DNA of 64,000 nt from Yuukianura sp. NJ FZ-2021 (lineage: Eukaryota), in NCBI GenBank assembly GCA_046563655.1, contig CM102284.1:9052001-9116000 (forward strand), given 5' to 3'. The first letter of the stretch is position 1; each line of letters starts with the position of its first letter. The translations under genes and the position numbers were made by a program. Below, piece by piece: positions 1 through 14,541 of this stretch. The notes under the pieces were generated by a model. The model did no database searches, was not told the DNA's origin, and saw nothing but the letters and a program-made list of their open reading frames with translations.

Positions 1-3000
1 CTTGAAAACAAATCTCTGGAAAAATGGAACATTCGTCAATGTCAACACAAGAACGTTTCTGTGAATCTTGATTCATGAAACCATGGTCACACTCGCAGAT
101 GAAAGAACCAGCTTGATTGAGACACTGCCCATGTTCACACAAATTGGGATTGTTGGAACACTCATCAACGTCTTGGCAGTTGTAACCGTCGCCCTCATAC
201 CCAACGTCACAAGCTGAAAATTTCAAATACCTTGCAATTTCATTTAAAAAGATTCAAAATTTCAAAATTTGAACTTACCACAACGGAATGAACCATCGCT
301 GTTGATACACTGAGCATCAGGGTGGCAACCGCCATTGTTCACTTGACATTCGTTGATGTCACGGCACGTGACTCCATCTCCAGTAAATCCATCTCCGCAG
401 TGACATTCGTAGGATCCTTCAGTGTTGACGCAGTCCGCATTATTTGCACAATTGAAATTCCCCATCACGCATTCATCCATATCTGAATCAAAATAAAATT
501 TCGAAAGTCAATTAAACTGAAGTACGAAACTAAACTAATTTTTAACTTCGAAAAATCTTCTGGACGAACCCAGACATGTTGATCCATCCTGCGACGGTAT
601 GAGGCCTTTACTGCATTCACATTGGTAACTTCCAAGAACATTTTCACAGCGTCCACCTTCTCCACAAATTAGAGGATCCGCCCGACATTCATCCACATCT
701 AAATTTAATTAAACCGAATACCCAAATCATTTGATTAACAAACTAACAAGAAACGTTAATTTTAACAAAATTAAATGAAACTCACCTAGGCAAGTGGATC
801 CATCCGGCGAAGGTAAAAGGCCTTTACCACACTCACTGCCAAAAAAAAAATTAAACAAACTGGTCATCCAGGTCAACAATGGAAAACTTTCGAGAGTTAT
901 ACATAAACTACATCGGTTTCTGAAGTTTATATTCTAAGTGGCGTCTAGCTTTACCATTGGTAACTACCCGGGACGTTACTGCATTTCCCACCGTTACAAA
1001 CTCTGGAGTTGTCCCGACACTCGTCCACGTCCGTACAAGTTTTACCGTCCAACAGAAGCATGTAACCAGGAGTACACTGGAAAAATCCAACAACACAAAC
1101 TCAAGATTCAAAATTTTCAAGCTTTTGGAAATTTTGAAAAATTAGTCAGTCATCATCTTACAGCACAGACATACGATCCGGGGGTATTGAGACACGCCGA
1201 CTGACAGCCACCGTTATCAATTTCGCATTCGTCAATGTCTTCGCAATGCGCGTGATTACTTCCAGGTTCGTATCCATCAAAACAATCTAAACTCAAAATT
1301 AAAATCAACGTAAGAAAAACCCCGCAAAAAACGTTTTTCGAAATAATTCGCCCAAAAAAATTTTGAACTTGTCCCATTTTAGCTGGACTAACCACATTGA
1401 AAGGACCCCATGATATTTTCACATATTCCGTTGGAACAAATTCCACTTGACCTCGAGCATTCGTCGATGTCTTTACACTCTTGCTGGTTCGGAGCGAGTT
1501 CAAGTCCTGGAGGGCAGTCTGAAATTTACGAATTTACGCATTGAAGAATAGGTCAAAGGTCATGTCGAAACGAGTTTTTTATAGCTTACCGCAGCGAAAA
1601 CTACCAATCGTATTTACGCAACGACCACCACGACACAAGCCCTACGAAAGAGTCCTTGAGTAGATTCCGCGCATCTTAACTTAAGAAGTATGGATCAGAA
1701 TCAAACATGAAAAAAACTTACTGGCGTTCTAATGCACTCGTCGATATCTGAAAAGTAAAACCGCAATTTTATTTTCCATTTTTCATCATTTTAAAATGAA
1801 TTTTTGAAATTATGTAAAAGCGTACCCATGCAAACTTGCATAGCCATGGTGGACTCAAATCCTTGTTCACAGTCACAAGCGAAACTTCCAGGGACGTTAC
1901 GACAAGTTCCGTTTCCACAAACACCACCCATGATGGAACACTCATTGATGTCTGAACTCAAAGGTCAAAGGTCATCAACATTGACATTTAATTTACCTCA
2001 ACTAAACTGAAATTTTTTGAATTTGAAATTCAATGTTTAGTTTTACCAATGCATTTGATTCCATCTTCGTCCAAAGCGTATCCCTGATTACAGCGACAAG
2101 TGTAAGATCCAATGGTGTTCCGACAACGCCCATTTTCACAAATTCCAGGAATCATCAAGCATTCATTCTAAAAAAAAAGGAAAAAAATTCTAAACTAAAA
2201 TTCAATTTCATAAAAATCTTTCAAAATTTTGAAAGTTTCTTTTACAATGTCTTTGCGTCCGTTGCTAGTTCCGATTCCTTTGGGACAGAGTTGTGCAAAT
2301 AGTTCAGCTCCAGGTCGTGGACATTGGAGACAATCACGTCCCCATGCTCTTTGACAAAATACTTTAGTTAGCAAACAGGTTAGGTTATGTTTGTTACAAA
2401 GGTCAAAAGGTCAACAAACTCACCTTCCAACAGTACAACAGCAGTCAGTACGTAAGTAATGACCTTCCAGGGGATGCGTACATTCTCCACGTTTGACCTG
2501 CATGTAGCACAGTTCTTCACGACGATCAACACAGCGCGTTCCGCCTGATTCCAATTCCAGCCCCGGTGGACATCTAACATAACACAAACAAAAAGTCAAA
2601 TATGAAAAACATTTCAAAATTTTGACTTTTTTTTTTCGAACTTTTTACTTACAAACACTGGAATGAGCCTTCTGTGTTGACGCAAGTCCCACCGCCTTGA
2701 CAGATGAGTGGATTGAGGTCACATTCGTTCACATCTACACAAGTTTTACCGTCTAACTGTAACAGAAGCAACAAAATCAAAATTTGTTAAGTACAGGAAC
2801 ACTTTTTTCAGAATTTTTCAGAGATTTTGTTTCTAAAAATTTGTGACTAGCCTTAGCAAATCCTGGAGCACATTCACAGAGTCTGAGGTCACAGACTTCA
2901 CAAGGACTGCCCCATGCCACTCCCACGTTATTTGAACAACAACATTCGTTTCGCGACATCAACCGCTTCAAATTCCCTTCACACTTTCCACCAACTGCTT

Positions 3001-6000
3001 TCGTCCAGCAATTTCCTTTTCGATTGTCTAAAAACAGGAGAAGAAAATTTTACTAACTTTTTTTTGTAATCTTTGTGAAAATTTTACTTACCAATACAAA
3101 TTCTGCCAGAATTGTCCAAAACAAAGCCTTCGTTGCACTGAAACGCAAAGATCAAGTAGGTTCAGTCGATTTAAAAGTGACACCGTGTCTCGGAAGTTGG
3201 AACTTACCTGACACTGGAAGCTCCCAACAGTGTTAAAACAGCGTCCATTTGGACAAGCACCGATCGACGGATCCCTGCATTCGTCCACATCTTGACACAC
3301 TTGTAGTCTCGAATCATACTGAGTTCCAGTTGGACAAATACACTGAAAACTGCCAGGAGTGTTTTTGCACTGACCACTATTGCATAAGAAGTTGTCCACC
3401 TACAAAAATTCACCAATTACTCAATTGTGATTGTTAGTAACGGGTAGGTACAAATGTAGTAAATAATTTTTGTCATATTACGTCGCATTCGTTGACATCT
3501 ACACACTGTTTTCCGGAAGCATCGACTTCGAATCCAGCTTCACAAATACAACGAAAACTTCCAGGAATATTCTCACATGCACCGTTTGGTCCACATACGC
3601 CTGGGTTCTGAGCACATTCGTTGATATCTAAGACAAAAACAAACGTTATGTTCAAGCTCAACGCTAACTTTGACCTTAGATGACCTTTAGATGCTTATTT
3701 ACCATCTCCGCTGTGTGTCATTCCAGGACCGTGAGGACACAAGAGGTCAAATTCAGGAGTACTTGGCAGAGGACAAGGTCGACAGGGGGTTCCCCAGCCC
3801 ATGGGTTGGCCAAAGACGACAGTGCAGCAACAACAAGTGGAGCGTTCCACTGGAGCTGACGATGGAGCTGTACAGATCCCATCTCGATACTGAGCGTAAC
3901 ACAGATCTCGCTGTGTGTCTAAAAAATCAATTTGAATTTAGAATTGGCAAGAATTTTGAATTTTGACACTCAGTTTTAGTGAGCTTACCTAAACAAGTAG
4001 TTCCGTCTGGACCAATTGAGAATCCTGGAAGGCATTCGCACTGCAACACACCAAAAAATTTCAAATTTCAAATTAAAAATTCAAAAAAAATAAATAAAAT
4101 AAATAATTTTGGACAATTCTCTATTGCATTACCTTGTAACTCCCTCTGGTATTGACACAGCGTCCACCAGAACATGGCGCAGTTTCACATTCGTTGATGT
4201 CTAAGAAATTCGAAACAAAATTGTCCGAAATTTTTCAAAATCGTATTCTCAGAAAATTCCACTCACCGATACAACTTCTTCCAGTCGGTCCAATCATGAA
4301 TCCTGGATTGCAAACTACAAAAAGAGCATTTTTGGTTTTAATTTCGTGAAAAAATGGTCAAACCTTGTTCAAAAGTTACCACAACGATAGGTTCCGTCCA
4401 TGTTGACACAACGGCCATTGTCGCATAACCCAACTCCAGAACTGTCCGTACACTCGTCTCGATCCACACAAAATGACTGATCAGTCGACGGTGTGAAGCC
4501 ATCCAGACAAGTACACTTGTAAGAACCAACCAAATTCTCACAGCGTCCAGACAGACAAATTCTTGGATTTTCAAAACATTCGTCAACGTCAATACAAGAG
4601 TGACCAGTAGGAGAGAGGACGAAGCCATCTTTACACTGACACCTAAAATGGAAAACATAAATACTGTAACTTAGCAACACCACCACTACAAACACTACAA
4701 TTTTCTCACTTGAAAGAACCGTTCATGTTGATGCAAATTCCGTTCGCACACATTCCAGTTTCCGTACATTCGTCGTGATCTGTACAAAACAAACCATTTT
4801 TGAAGAAAAATTGAAAATTTTAGAAAATCGGATTTTTTTTTCAATTTGAACTAAAAACTTACCAATGCAGAACCGCCCATCAGAAGAAACGTCAAACCCA
4901 GTTGGACAAGCACACTGCAAACACATTGAACGTAAAATCAGAATTTTTGAGAACACTAAATTTTTAAAGAAATTGTATTACCGTGTAGCTTCCTTGAGTG
5001 TTGACGCTGCCGTTCAAAAAATTCAAAATTTTAATTTCCGGAATTAAGTTAACATTAGATTAATGGTGGTTTTTTGTGGTTTACCATCGACCACCTTGGC
5101 ATAACCCATGTTGAAGGCGACATTCATCTATGTCTTCACATGGCGACATTGGAGACTTCTGGGAATATCCGGGTGAGCACTCGCAGCGATATCCATCCAC
5201 AAGGTCAATGCACTTTCCATTTCCACCTTATTCAAACATAAAAAAACGTAAAAAGCAAAAACCAAAATTGTAGTTTCAAATTTTTGGAAATCCTGCTTAC
5301 AAATATCTGGGCGAAGACCGCATTCATCCACTTTAGCAATCTGTCCTGGTCCTCCTCCACCAGCAGAATCCAAGCACAGAGCTTTGTATCCATCTTCAAA
5401 ACCCACAAAATTTTCAAAATTTCAACAAAATTTTTAGAAAAATATCAAACTTTATAAAATAAAAATATCTAAGCTCAACGCCACTCCGGGTTAACTTTGA
5501 ACCTTAAATCAACTAATCTAAGATTGAAATTTTACTTGTTTCAGGTGACGGACAAACGTCGCAATTGTTCTCATCGCCCCATCCTTCACAATTTCAAAAA
5601 TAATGTTAAAATCCACATTTTTTAAAACAAAAGGCATTTTTCTAAGAACTGCTAAAAATTGGTTTTCGTTTACCTTTGCCCATGTTAACTCCACAACAAC
5701 AGTCGCGTTTAGTTAGGCGAACAGACAGCTTTCCTCGGCACAGCCCTCGCAGTACTGATGTAAAGCAATTTCCTTGTCTTGCATCTACATCAATAAATCA
5801 CAATAATTACAACTTATAACACAACGTATCAATCAACTTAACTTCATAATTATTACATTTACATCATAAATTACACAAATTAACAAAATCATACAACTTT
5901 GGAAAATTTAGTTTTCAAAACATCCAAACAGTAAGGTTCAGAAAATAAACTCAAACTCCAAACACCCATCAGAAAAAAAATCAGCCTTGTTCAAATGAAA

Positions 6001-8957
6001 ACCGATGAAACAGGTACAAGATGATTATTTTTCCAAACGCATTGATTGTTTTTCTTAATTTCAGATTTCCACTTTCTATTTTTTTTAAACTCACCAATGC
6101 ACAGTTTCTGGTCCTGCGTCGGTATGAATCCGCGGTTACACAAGCAGTAGTATCCACTGGCCGTGTTGATGCATCGTCCATTGTTGCAAGTTCCGGGTTT
6201 TAGGCACTCATCTTCATCTTCACATGGACCAGAAGTGCCGTCCCTCGGAATCTGTCCAGGGGGACACTCACACTTGAACCCCCCGGGACTATTGACACAT
6301 CTCCCCCCTTCACAGATTCCCGGAATAGCTTCACATTCGTCCACGTCAATACAGGCTCCAGAGTGGACGTTCTTGAGGTAACCATGGTCACAGTCCAATG
6401 TACTTGGACAGGGTTCACACGGGTGACCCCACGCTTTGCCCACAGTAGCACAGCACAAGTTCCGAGTACACACGACTCCCAGCAGTTGACCTCCGCAAGT
6501 ACTTCCGCTTGTCTTCGTGTAACAAGGACCAGTACGGTAGTCTAAAACCAAAAAAAGAAACAAAAATTAGCATTTTCAGGTCAAAATTCTTAAACTCTTT
6601 TAACAATTTAATAAATTATTGATAATTTTCTACTTTTGGCATAATTTGAGTGTTTCTGGTTGCAAATTTATTGCCAAAATCCATTAGAGCTTGACATTTT
6701 TTGAATCTTTGGAAATTGAAGTTGGTCATTTGTACATAATTGCCAAAAGCACTTTAACTTTTAAATTTGAAATCCAACTTTGCATATCCGCTGCTCTTTT
6801 GATAAATTGGGTAACACTTAATTGCAGATTAATCGTCAATAGCTTTTAAGGGTATTGAGATTTGCAGATTCCGCCTTTTTAGGCTAAATCATTTTGCAGA
6901 TTAAGTTCGAATCTGTTGAGGTCATTGATCTTAAAATGCTCTTTCGCAAAGGTGCGGTGCGTGAGAGATGATCTTTCTGGAATTTGAATTTGATACAAAA
7001 TGAAAAAAATGAAGTTCAGTGAACCTGGAAAACTCAAAGACGAGTTTACAGAGTCACGTTTTAGTTTAAAAGACTTTGGACAATTTCCGTGTCCGTTTGT
7101 AAGATAACAAATTGGTTGAAGATGGATAGTGAGTTATGTAATCTGGACTCTCCTGTAATTCATGGTTCATCCCACTTAATTCCATGTTTACATTTTCACC
7201 TAATGCACGTTGACCGTAATCCGCAAATAAATCACTTCATCTTGTCTTTCGAAGAACAAAAAAAAATCAAAAAACTCACCAGATTCACAGCGTCTGCCTG
7301 TGTAGCCGTACACACCTGAAAACAAACAGAATTTTCATGAAAATTAACAAAAAAAAAGTTTTAAATATTTGAATTTTTGTTATTTGTTTGTCCTTTTTTT
7401 TCGAAAGCTTTTCTTTTCTAAAATACTAATTTCTGAAGACAGACTAAATGCTAACTTGTTTCAAAACCCAGAAGTCTAAAATCTATACAAAATCTGAATT
7501 TTGGCTAACGTACATGCGCAACGATCCGGTCCGATGCAGCGTCCAGCATTTAAACACGGTTCACGACAAACGGCTGTAAATTAACAAGAAAAATAGCATA
7601 ATTTCTTCAGATTTTGGTAATTTTTGGAATTTTTGAAGAGTTTGCGTACGTTCTCCGCAGAATTCTCCTTGAAATCCGGATTTGCAAACACATTTGGCAT
7701 TAACACAAGTTCCGCCGTTTAGACAAGGAACTCGACAGCCTCCGTTGGCCATTCCAGTGGAACTCTGTCCGTTTCCTGGACCTTGACCTGGTCGTCGCCC
7801 ATCTGAAACACACGCGAATGTAAAATTTTACGTAAATTGTAACTTGACAACCGCAGTTGATCGAAATTTTGGGAATTACCTCGAGTATCAGAACAGTTTG
7901 AGGCTACAGTTCCACCGTCACAGAGACAAATATTGGGTTTGACACATCGACCAGCTCCACAAGGACGACAAATTGCTACAACAAAAACATAAATTACTAT
8001 TAATTGATTACTTAATTGGATTCTTGTTTTAAGGAAACATAGGGCTTACGAATGACACAGAGTCCCGAACCGGGTTTCTGAGTCCATCCTGGACAACAAT
8101 ACGTTTTGTGACGAGATCTGCAGACATTCGGCCTGCAAAAAAAGTAGCAACATGGATAAATTAGCAAAAATTTTGCAAAAAAGTTTTGTAACCAGGCTAA
8201 TTCAAGACAGGAGGTCAACGACTTGTGACATGCAAAATAAGTGCAACTCCTAAGTTGACAAACCCTATCTTATCAAACTCCATTGTTCGGTTCCTTTACC
8301 CTCTCAATTCTTGTGTCCAAAAACTTCCACAATTTCCAAAACTAATTTGCCAGTCATCATGTCAACTTTGGGAAACACAACATGAGGAATCCTAATTCAT
8401 TGTACATGATTTTGCAAGAGTGACGACAGAACTTGGTCTGGTGCCCCTGACATACTCCATCGAGGTCAGAGGTCACGGTGTCAACATGAAGGAAGAGACA
8501 AGTACATAACGAATGAATCGCTTAAGTTTTGACCACCAACAAGTCATGGACCCATGGCGAATGTCTACTGATAATCACATAGACATAACCTTCAACTTCA
8601 CCCCTTTCATGAAATGACTCTCCCTCTGAACTAATTGATTAACACTGCCAATTTAACTCACATTCATCCAATTAATTAATCAACCAAAATACTAAGCAAA
8701 TCAACTTAAAATGCTTACCCTCCTACAGGGGCTGTCAAGAGCTGTGTCTGCTGAACTTGGTTTCCATTTTGATCGGATCCAGAAGAACTTGATGAATCCA
8801 GGAAATTGGCTTGAGACGATCGTTGATCGTTCCGTCCAGGACCATTGATGTGTCCATTTTGATGTATACTGGACACTGACAACTGAACCAAGAAACTACA
8901 ACATGTAAACAGGGACACTAACACTTTCAACTTCTGAGTTCTCATTGTCCTAACCAT
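1..8957 (-). CDS. FBN: Fibrillin (multi-exon; 5' portion only, continues past the left edge)
   Basis: Signal peptide ([22 protein letters not shown]); fibrillin N-terminal motif [20 protein letters not shown] repeats; many cbEGF repeats (DIDEC/DVNEC...C.NT.GSF.C.C); 8-Cys TB/hybrid domains ([52 protein letters not shown]). GT-AG introns. Confidence 0.92.
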
Positions 8958-10024
8958 TTTCCATAACAAGAGGGGGTAACTACAGCGTCAGCCTTTCCAA
9001 GGGGTAGATCAGAGTACTTTCACTTTTAAAATCAGGGAATGTTCTTTCACTTACGTTGTTGTTCTAAATGTTGTTCAAACTGGGTTCCCCCATTCAACTG
9101 ATGAGCACCAACTTAAGTAAGTCCAGCGATGGTTAGCATGTGTGGAAGACTTGGACAGGAAGATGATGTCGATGGGTGTAGGAATTGGAGACTGAAAGAT
9201 CCAGGGATGAAAGGGAGCGTTTATCAGGGTGATATCCTCTTGTACTCCACTTTGGACCACCAGAAGCATCTTCTACAGCTTCTTATGAATGGTGACAAGA
9301 AAAACGTCTTCCTGTATCTCACTTAACACTTTATGGACTCACCAGTTTACTCAATTTCTGGATTTGTGGTTAAAAGTGACACTAATGGAAAAGGAAACCC
9401 CTTCTGCTCGATTTTACCAGAGATCATGTTTCCATTTCTTAAAAAGAGTATAACCAGATGTCCATGTCCCTTTCCACGGACCCATTAACGTACTTTCCAC
9501 GACATTTTTCCAAAAAATGAACAAATTTTGAAGAAAACCTGAAAAAGCGGGAGGTTGAGAGCGGTAAATGCGAGGTCACTTATCAGGTCAACGATGTTAT
9601 ACCACGAAGCCATTCACTTCGATTCTTTTATTAGAAACAGATAGATTTTGCTCAAGAAAGTTAATTCTCGCTCTTTTTGCTGTAAAATCTAGTGAAAGCC
9701 ACTGAAAATAGAATTTTGGAGTCCGATTTATGCAAAACGTTCATTTAACGTTGGGAAAAACGTTTTTTGCAAACATTTTACCGCCTTCCAACTTTCAAAA
9801 ATCTGAATGGGGTAAAATGAGATTTTTTGCCCATCTATGGGGCTAAGGGTGACAAACGGTGCGGAAGGGCGTGTGGAGCTGCTAGTCCAGTTCACTTATT
9901 TACAACACCTCCCTAATTTAATTTTTGACAGAAATCAAGGGGAGTCAGTTTTTGAAGTGACCTTTGACCTTTGATATCTCAGCGCTGACCTCCTGAACAG
10001 CATTTCTGCAGGACAGGCTGGACG

Positions 10025-13000
10025 ATGTACCATGACAAGGACTGGGTTCCGGACAACTGGGCAGACTACGTTGGATCTGAGGACAAATTGGACCAAATCA
10101 TTAGAACACATGATCGTGACATTGAGAAACTCTGTAATGCTCATTACCAAGGGTTCATTGACTCTATCCGAGAACTACTCCTGGTTCGATCAGAAGCACA
10201 AGATCTTAAGGTAGGTCAAACGCAAAACGCAAAGGTCACGGAGTCTGAGTTAATTTTAATTTGTTGGTTTTAGGCTCTAGTTTCGTCAATTGACAAAGAT
10301 CTGCAAGTGGAACTACAGAGTGTGCTGCAACGGGGAGAAGAAGTGGCCAAGGGCAGAAGAGTTGAAACGAACATCATATCAACTATAGAACAACTCGAAG
10401 TGTGTCTTCCAGTATTCAAAATGTACCAAAAACTACAGGAACAATTAGCTCAAAAGAGGTAAGTATTGAACAAGATGTATAGTTTCTCAGACTTAGAATA
10501 TAACTGTTAATTATTGATTTTCAGATACTATCCTGCGTTGAAGTCGTTGGAACAGTTGGAGCACAACTATTTGCCGCAAGTAGCCAGATATCGATTCACA
10601 AATCACTTCAGAGACAGTATTCCAAAGTGAGTCCATAATTTTATCTTTCATTTTGCTTTAGAACTTAAGTCCCCTGGTCTATTTACAGATTTAGAAAGCT
10701 AATTCAAGACTCCAGTATGTCCGAGCTGAAAGATTTTCTGGAAAGTGTTCGCAAAGCTTCCGCAAAAATTGGTGAAGTGGCTATGAAGCACGTAAGTTTA
10801 GCTAAAATTAATTTTAGCTCCAAAACGTTCCCTCAAGGTTTATGATTTCATTGTTTTTAGACCGGTGAAGAGATTGTTGTCAAACAGATGCAAGGAAGGA
10901 AATTCAAGAATGGACCGATGCCAAACGAACATCCAAACCCTTTTGAAAGCGGTATGCTGCCATTACTTTTATGGTACAAGCACATTTAATCTTGAATTGA
11001 AATCGTTTTGAAATCGTTTCTAGATGAAGAAGAGAATGGAGATGGAACAGACTCTTATGAAGGGCTCAGTGCTCAAGATTTGGTGGACTTTTCACCTTTG
11101 TATCGTTGTCTTCATATTTTTAGTGTTGTCGGTGACAAAGTTACTTTTGAAAATTACTACCGCAAGCAACGCAAGGAACAATCCATTCTTGTCGTTCAAG
11201 CTCCAACCAGCATGGTAAGTTGCAAAAGAAAGGAAATTATACTGCCAGTATTACTCACCATCATCCAACATCCTGATTTGTCTTCCAGAGGGAAACACTG
11301 GAAGGCTACCGAGAATATTTTAATGCCGTAGTTGGGTTCTTTGTGGTTGAGAATCATTTGCTTTACACTACAAATGGACTTGTCAGCAAATCAACGCTGG
11401 AAGAAATGTGGGCAGCCGCTGTGCCGAAGCTTGTCAATGTGCTGAAGACACACACGGTAAGCAGATTTTTCAAAATTTCAATTTCGAACTCATAATTTTA
11501 ACTTTTGAATTTGATTCCAGTCGTACTGCACTCAAGCTGGAAGTATCTTGGAAATCAAGAATCTGATTATGCAGTTCACCAACACGCTAACGGTAAAAGT
11601 TATTCAAAATATTTCAAAATTTCAAACATTTCATTTTTTTTCCCAATGTTTTTCAGAATTACGGGTATAACATTTCTCAACTGACGGAAACAGTTCAGGG
11701 AGAGATTCGAGAGCACTACACGGATGTGCTCATGCAACGTTGTGTTCATGAATTCAGAGAAATCTTTAACGAAGACAATTACCACCCGCTCCAGGTCACA
11801 ATCCAGTTTGTTTTTCTCATAATCTCTAATTTTCGAAATTCGAAACTTTTTGTTGAAATTTTGATTTTGATTGTAATGCTCAGGTGATGAATGCTGCCGA
11901 GTACAATGCTGTCGTGGGGGCATTTCCGTTTCGTGATCCAGTTTTAGAGAAGAGTTCCTTCCCTCGACGGTTCCCGTTCTCTTCTATGGTACCCAAAGTG
12001 TATCAACAAGTGAAGGAATTCGTACGTTCAATACTGAAGTACACTGAGGACTTGAACTTGAGTCAAACAGAAGTGGACGACATGATTCGGAAGTCAACCA
12101 ATTTGTTACTGACGAGGACTCTCAGTGGATGCTTGACAACGCTAATTCAGAAACCATCCGTTGGACTCCTCGAGCTCATTCAGATTACGCTCAACACAAA
12201 TTGCCTAGAAGACACAAATATTTACTTGGAAGAATTCATTTCCAGTGTAACTCTGTAAGTCATCTGAGTTAATTGTAATTAATGGACCAACTAAAGTTTA
12301 GTTAACCAAGTTTTGTATGTTTTCAGAACTTCTGTGAAAGATTCTTCACACAAAGCAGAGCTTCAAGGAAAATCAATGTTCAAAGACGCAAGAGCAGAAG
12401 CGGAGGAGCAGATTTACGAAAAACTAAAAATTAAAATTGATGAAAGTTTTGAACTGGCAAATTATGATTGGACCCTCAACGAGCCAGAAGGAAGAGCTTC
12501 GGATTACATTATTGATCTAGTTGCGTTTCTACAGTCAACTTTTCTTGCCTTTACAAATCTACCTGTAAGTTTTTTCAAAATTTTGAAATTTCGAAAACTG
12601 AATTTTTCGTAATCTATGGTTTTGGTTTCAGATCAAAGTTGCAACGACAGCTTGTGCCGCAGCGTGTCAACATATCAACAAGAAGTTGATGTTTATGATC
12701 CTGGAAGATGAGGATGTGAGGCAAATATCGCTGGGAGCGCTGAAACAACTGGATTTAGATTTGATCCAGTGTGAACGTAAGTTGATGCTAATTGTGTTGA
12801 ACTAATTATAGTTTATCTAGTTTAGTTGAGCATTTTGTTTCGTTTGTGTAGAATTTGCAGCGTCAGAACCCGTCAAAGGACTTGATCCAGCTCTCTTGTT
12901 AGAATGCTTGACGGACGTTAGACAATTGCTGGACTTGTTCAACCAGTGTGATTTTTCTGCCTACTTTCACGATTTCGGTGAAAGAACTTCCAAGTATCCT

Positions 13001-13232
13001 CGTGTCACACCTTCTTCAGCGATTAAACTTTTGGAAAAGTAAGATATTTCAAAATTTGGTTACAAAAAAGTTTTCAAAATTTTGAAATATTTTCGGTTTT
13101 TGCAGGATCCGAGAAGCAGATCGAGACAAGAAGAAAATACTGGCAGTGCTGAAGAAAGATGAGCGTGACAAGAAGAAGCTTCATGAAACGATACTGAAGC
13201 AACTGAAGGAATTACCGCAAGCAACGCAGTAA
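10025..13232 (+). CDS. EXOC6: Exocyst complex component 6 (Sec15); start codon uncertain
   Basis: DKLDQIIRTHDRDIEKLCNAHYQGFIDSIRELL, RYYPALKSLEQLEHNYL, VDFSPLYRCLHIF...FENYYRKQRKEQ, FPFSSMVPKVY, ELANYDW, C-terminal DERDKKKLHETILKQLK; TAA at 13230-13232. Confidence 0.93.
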
Positions 13233-13561
13233 AAGTTAACTTTAACGTTAATTTTAACTTTAGTTTCAACTTTAAAAGTTAAAACTAAAGTTAGTTTAGT
13301 AAGTAGGCCGAGGCCAGTTTAACTCCAGTTCTTTCTTACTGAAGATTCCAGCCAAAAAAGTAACTCTAACCATAACCGAGTGTGTGATAAGTTTAGTAAA
13401 AGTTAAAACTATTTTTTACGACAAAAATCAAGTTCTAGTGCTTCTTTTTATTGTGAAAAGGTAAGGTAAACTAAAATTTTAAAATTTTGAAAAAAGCACA
13501 ATAAATTAGGAAGCTCCCTCAGATGAGTATTTTAGTCCAACAGCAGCAACTTTTCAAGCAG

Positions 13562-13833
13562 CTACTTCCCCTTCCCCGGGTATCCTCCGCCAGCATACCC
13601 TGGAATTGCGGTTTTCAAAATTTTGAAAAAGGCGTTTTTGAGAATTTTTAGTTTTTGATTTTGAACGTACCACCGCTGCCTAGACTGGAATAGGACGACC
13701 ATGTCCCAGTATACGGTACGGCCACGCCTCTTGCAAAATGCGGAATTCGAAATGGTAATGGAACAACAACTTTTCCAAAACCGATTGCCACTAGGCAACT
13801 CAAAATCAGTATGAACAGATTCCCAAATTTCAT
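13562..13833 (-). CDS. Small secreted Gly/Pro-rich peptide, 66 aa, two exons (13833-13671, 13599-13562)
   Basis: ATG in AAAATG context; hydrophobic signal MKFGNLFILILSCLVAIGFG; 71-bp GTACGT...TTCCAG intron restores the frame; TAG stop; minus-strand AATAAA near 13450. Confidence 0.7.
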
Positions 13834-14541
13834 TTTTGAAATTTTTAAAATTTTGGAGGAAATGATTTCACTAAAGTTCAAAATGCGACTGACTCCTCAA
13901 AATTATTCCGTATTGCTTAAATAAGGTCCAATCAACTTGTTTGTTTAAAAATCAACTGAAACTGACGCATTGCAGTTGAACAGTTCTAAATCAGTTTCAC
14001 CTTCACATCTTCTCCAGTTACACAAAAATAACGTCAGCTTGATTGCCCACTTCCTTCGTCACAGAAATGACGCACAAAAATTGTACTTGTCTCAACGATC
14101 CAATTTCAAGAACGCATTTTCTTCAATTTTCCGCAATCATCTACGATGATTCATCGTAGAAAAACAAAACTACTTAAATACAATCGGGGGTATTCGAAAA
14201 CTAAAAATTTTAGTGTCGTAAGATGCTCGGACGCTGCGAAAAGTTCAAACGGCGACTTTACTTTTACAAAAATAACAATTTATAGTTACGTTTTCTCTGA
14301 AACTGGAAGTTTTCTTTTGGAAAAGCTAAAACTGGTGAAAAAATGACGTTCTAGGGACTTTGTACCACCAAAGACGTGTTAAAATTAAATTGAACTAACG
14401 TCAGATAGTCCTAGTCTTGTACTCTAAAGATTTAAAACGGAAAAAATAAAAGCGTTTACTAACTTACGACAAGAGCGGCGTGGAATTCCAACGATGATGT
14501 GCTGAATAACTTTTAGAGTTTTTCTGGCAGTCCACAGCATT

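Noticed and set aside
9075-9326. ORFs between fibrillin and EXOC6 as a missing EXOC6 first exon
   Set aside because: No frame-consistent splice giving a Sec15-like N-terminus was found; likely UTR or promoter.
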